Below are positions 17,953-19,860 of a DNA stretch of 19,860 bases, piece by piece. The stretch spans positions 1 through 19,860 of the forward strand of contig JBHIFL010000073.1 of the NCBI GenBank assembly GCA_046761065.1, given 5' to 3'. Below the pieces are notes generated by a model. The model had not been told where the DNA came from, made no database searches, and saw nothing but the letters and a program-made list of their open reading frames with translations. This DNA comes from Candidatus Heimdallarchaeota archaeon (GTDB lineage Archaea > Asgardarchaeota > Wukongarchaeia > Wukongarchaeales > JBHIFL01). The position numbers and the translations under genes were made by a program. Position 1 is the first letter of the stretch, and each line of letters begins with the position of its first letter.

Positions 17953-18009
17953 TAGTCAAATTCAAAATCCAACCGAAAACTTAATGCCTTCCTGAGGAGA
18001 GCATTAATA

Positions 18010-19005
18010 CTAATATGCGGTGACTGTATTAACTAAAAAATTCAGGACGACAGAGCGATCCAAGCTATAGAGCAGAGATGGTTCCACCGCGAAGGAAAGC
18101 GTGCACTTTGAGCAATTTTCAGCTGCTTGAACATGAGCTGCGTATGTATAACTGTTTAAAATTCGTGCAAGGGTTTCATTCTGAGCTGAGCCGAAATCAT
18201 GGTTGGGCATACCACATCGTTGAATTTGACCATCTGGTCCTAAAAAAAGCGTAACTTTAGGGCTATGACAGGTATACCTAGGGAGCTCGTTTCGTGCGAG
18301 AAGTTGCAGATAATATAATGAATTATTAATAACTTGGTCTGTCTTTTTTAATTCAACGAGGTACTCAAAGGCTTCTTTTTGCTCACGAAGGGTAAGACAA
18401 AGCGCCTCGTTGTATTTTGGGATCTTTACGATCGGTTCGAAGGCGATATTTACTCCTAACTGTTTGGCAAAGTTGACCATTGCACCTAAGTCTTGAAGAT
18501 TAAGCTTGCTTACAACACAGTTTAGGAGGATTTTACTGTGGCGTTTCATTTGATTAATTCCATTTAAAACTTTACACAGTAGATTGTTGATTCCCCGTAG
18601 TTCATCGTGCCGTTTGTCAGGAAAATCTACTGAAACGATACATAGATCCATAGAGGTTAGTTTAGTGGCAAAATGAGATAATAATGAACCATTTGTTATT
18701 ACAGTGTTGTGGAAACCAAGTTCTTTTGAAAAATCTAAAATAGCTGGAAGATCTTGGCGGAGCAAGGGCTCGCCGCCCCAACAGACATATGAGACAAAAC
18801 CCAGTTCTTGTGCTTCTTCAAGAATCCTGAAGATCTCTTGAGTGGAAAGTTCGGGTTCTTTAGGAAGTTTCCAAAAATTACATATAGCACATTTCGCATT
18901 ACATGCTTTGGTTATGAAATGAGAAAGCACGATTGGTCTATGGGAGAAGAGTCTCCAGCGAATTATTCGCAAGAGAACCCCGGCTTTCCACAACAATTCA
19001 CTCAT
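18010..19005 (-). CDS. Radical SAM protein with C-terminal SPASM/twitch-like Cys cluster
   Basis: CNAKCAIC (CxxxCxxC), WGGEPLLR, ITNGSLL, HDELRG, and C-terminal C...GQIQRC...CSKC. ATG 19005 follows GGGGAT (ORF open to 19017). Confidence 0.9.
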   Translation of the reverse strand: MSELLWKAGVLLRIIRWRLFSHRPIVLSHFITKACNAKCAICNFWKLPKEPELSTQEIFRILEEAQELGFVSYVCWGGEPLLRQDLPAILDFSKELGFHNTVITNGSLLSHFATKLTSMDLCIVSVDFPDKRHDELRGINNLLCKVLNGINQMKRHSKILLNCVVSKLNLQDLGAMVNFAKQLGVNIAFEPIVKIPKYNEALCLTLREQKEAFEYLVELKKTDQVINNSLYYLQLLARNELPRYTCHSPKVTLFLGPDGQIQRCGMPNHDFGSAQNETLARILNSYTYAAHVQAAENCSKCTLSFAVEPSLLYSLDRSVVLNFLVNTVTAY

Positions 19006-19338
19006 GGATATCCCCAAAGTCCAACGTTAGTCACTCTTAAGTAGAGTTTGCTAAAAACCGGTGGAATTCTCAGCACTTCTCCTTTGGGAGTGATATCAGA
19101 AGTAATTTATTTTCTTGACAAAAAATTAGTTACTATGATCGTTTTCAGCTTTGATGGTCCCTTCAGACTATAATATGCAAGTAATCTGCTTGGACCCTCG
19201 TCTTTCTGTAGCTAACTTTTAATATTAGAATAGAAAAACACCTAGGAGTCGAAAACTTTCCATTTGCATTAGCTAGCTCTTTTGCGTCAGCAGATAAATA
19301 TTTCTAGAAAGGATTCACAGATTGGTGTGGTTAAACAT

Positions 19339-19839
19339 ATGAATAAAAGACAGACAAAGGAAATCGGGCTTGTATTGTTAAATCAATTTAATAGTAGTTG
19401 GAAGATGTTGCGACAAGCAATTGAGATTATAGGAGACGAAAATTGGTCAAAGACAGCAAATAATTGGTCGTTTGTTTGGACAGTTTACCATATTATTGAA
19501 ACAGCTGATTATTACAGGCGGAACACTCCCAAAGGGATGGAATGGGGAAAAAGAGCAGGAATCAATTGGGAAACGGATTCAGAAGAGATTATTGAGCAGA
19601 AAAAAATAGCAATTACCAAAGCTCAAGTACTAGCTTACCTTGAGGATGTCAAAACCCAAATAATTCATTTTCTAGAAAATGCGACAGATCCGGATCTCTT
19701 AACAACCAATGACTTTGATGAGGGGAAACTGCTAATCTTAGAAAAAATGCTATATTTATTAAGGCATAATATGCATCATATTGGGGAATTAAATAAAGCC
19801 TTAAGAGACTGGAAATCTCAGAGAATCCAATGGAGATAA
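19339..19839 (+). CDS. DinB/YfiT-like four-helix putative metalloenzyme
   Basis: VYHIIE and LLRHNMHHIGEL His pattern. ATG 19339 follows GGTGTGG (ORF open from 19282). Confidence 0.8.
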   Translation: MNKRQTKEIGLVLLNQFNSSWKMLRQAIEIIGDENWSKTANNWSFVWTVYHIIETADYYRRNTPKGMEWGKRAGINWETDSEEIIEQKKIAITKAQVLAYLEDVKTQIIHFLENATDPDLLTTNDFDEGKLLILEKMLYLLRHNMHHIGELNKALRDWKSQRIQWR

Positions 19840-19860
19840 TTACCTATTCATTCTTTTTTC

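Noticed and set aside
1-19860. CRISPR arrays, tRNA/rRNA genes, transposases or integrases
   Set aside because: None recognised on reading the sequence. No covariance-model search was possible.

Overview
Archaeal DNA, probably Asgard (inferred from a Rab-like GTPase, a giant wHTH/helical-repeat protein, an archaeal HTH-PRT gene, and TATA/BRE and GGTGA/GGAGG signals). Left to right: Rab-like GTPase (-), HIT hydrolase (-), a wHTH protein plus P-loop ATPase pair (+), a 1940-aa wHTH/11-residue-repeat helical protein (-), an HTH-phosphoribosyltransferase (-), a small Cys-rich ORF (-), a four-gene BMP-type nucleoside ABC transporter operon (+), a UPF0104/LPG-synthase-TM membrane protein (+), a radical SAM protein (-) and a DinB-like protein (+). 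Main result: the ABC ATPase gene (likely start 13017, missed by the ORF track) is interrupted inside its Walker A motif by a 55-nt insert (13137-13191). The insert's junctions fold into a canonical bulge-helix-bulge (BHB) motif. Cutting at the standard tRNA-splicing-endonuclease positions restores the frame and the motif LLGENGAGKTT exactly, which suggests a tRNA-type intron in a transporter mRNA. Splicing is inferred from sequence, not demonstrated. The same operon has a long leader with mutually exclusive pairings, a candidate riboswitch-like element.
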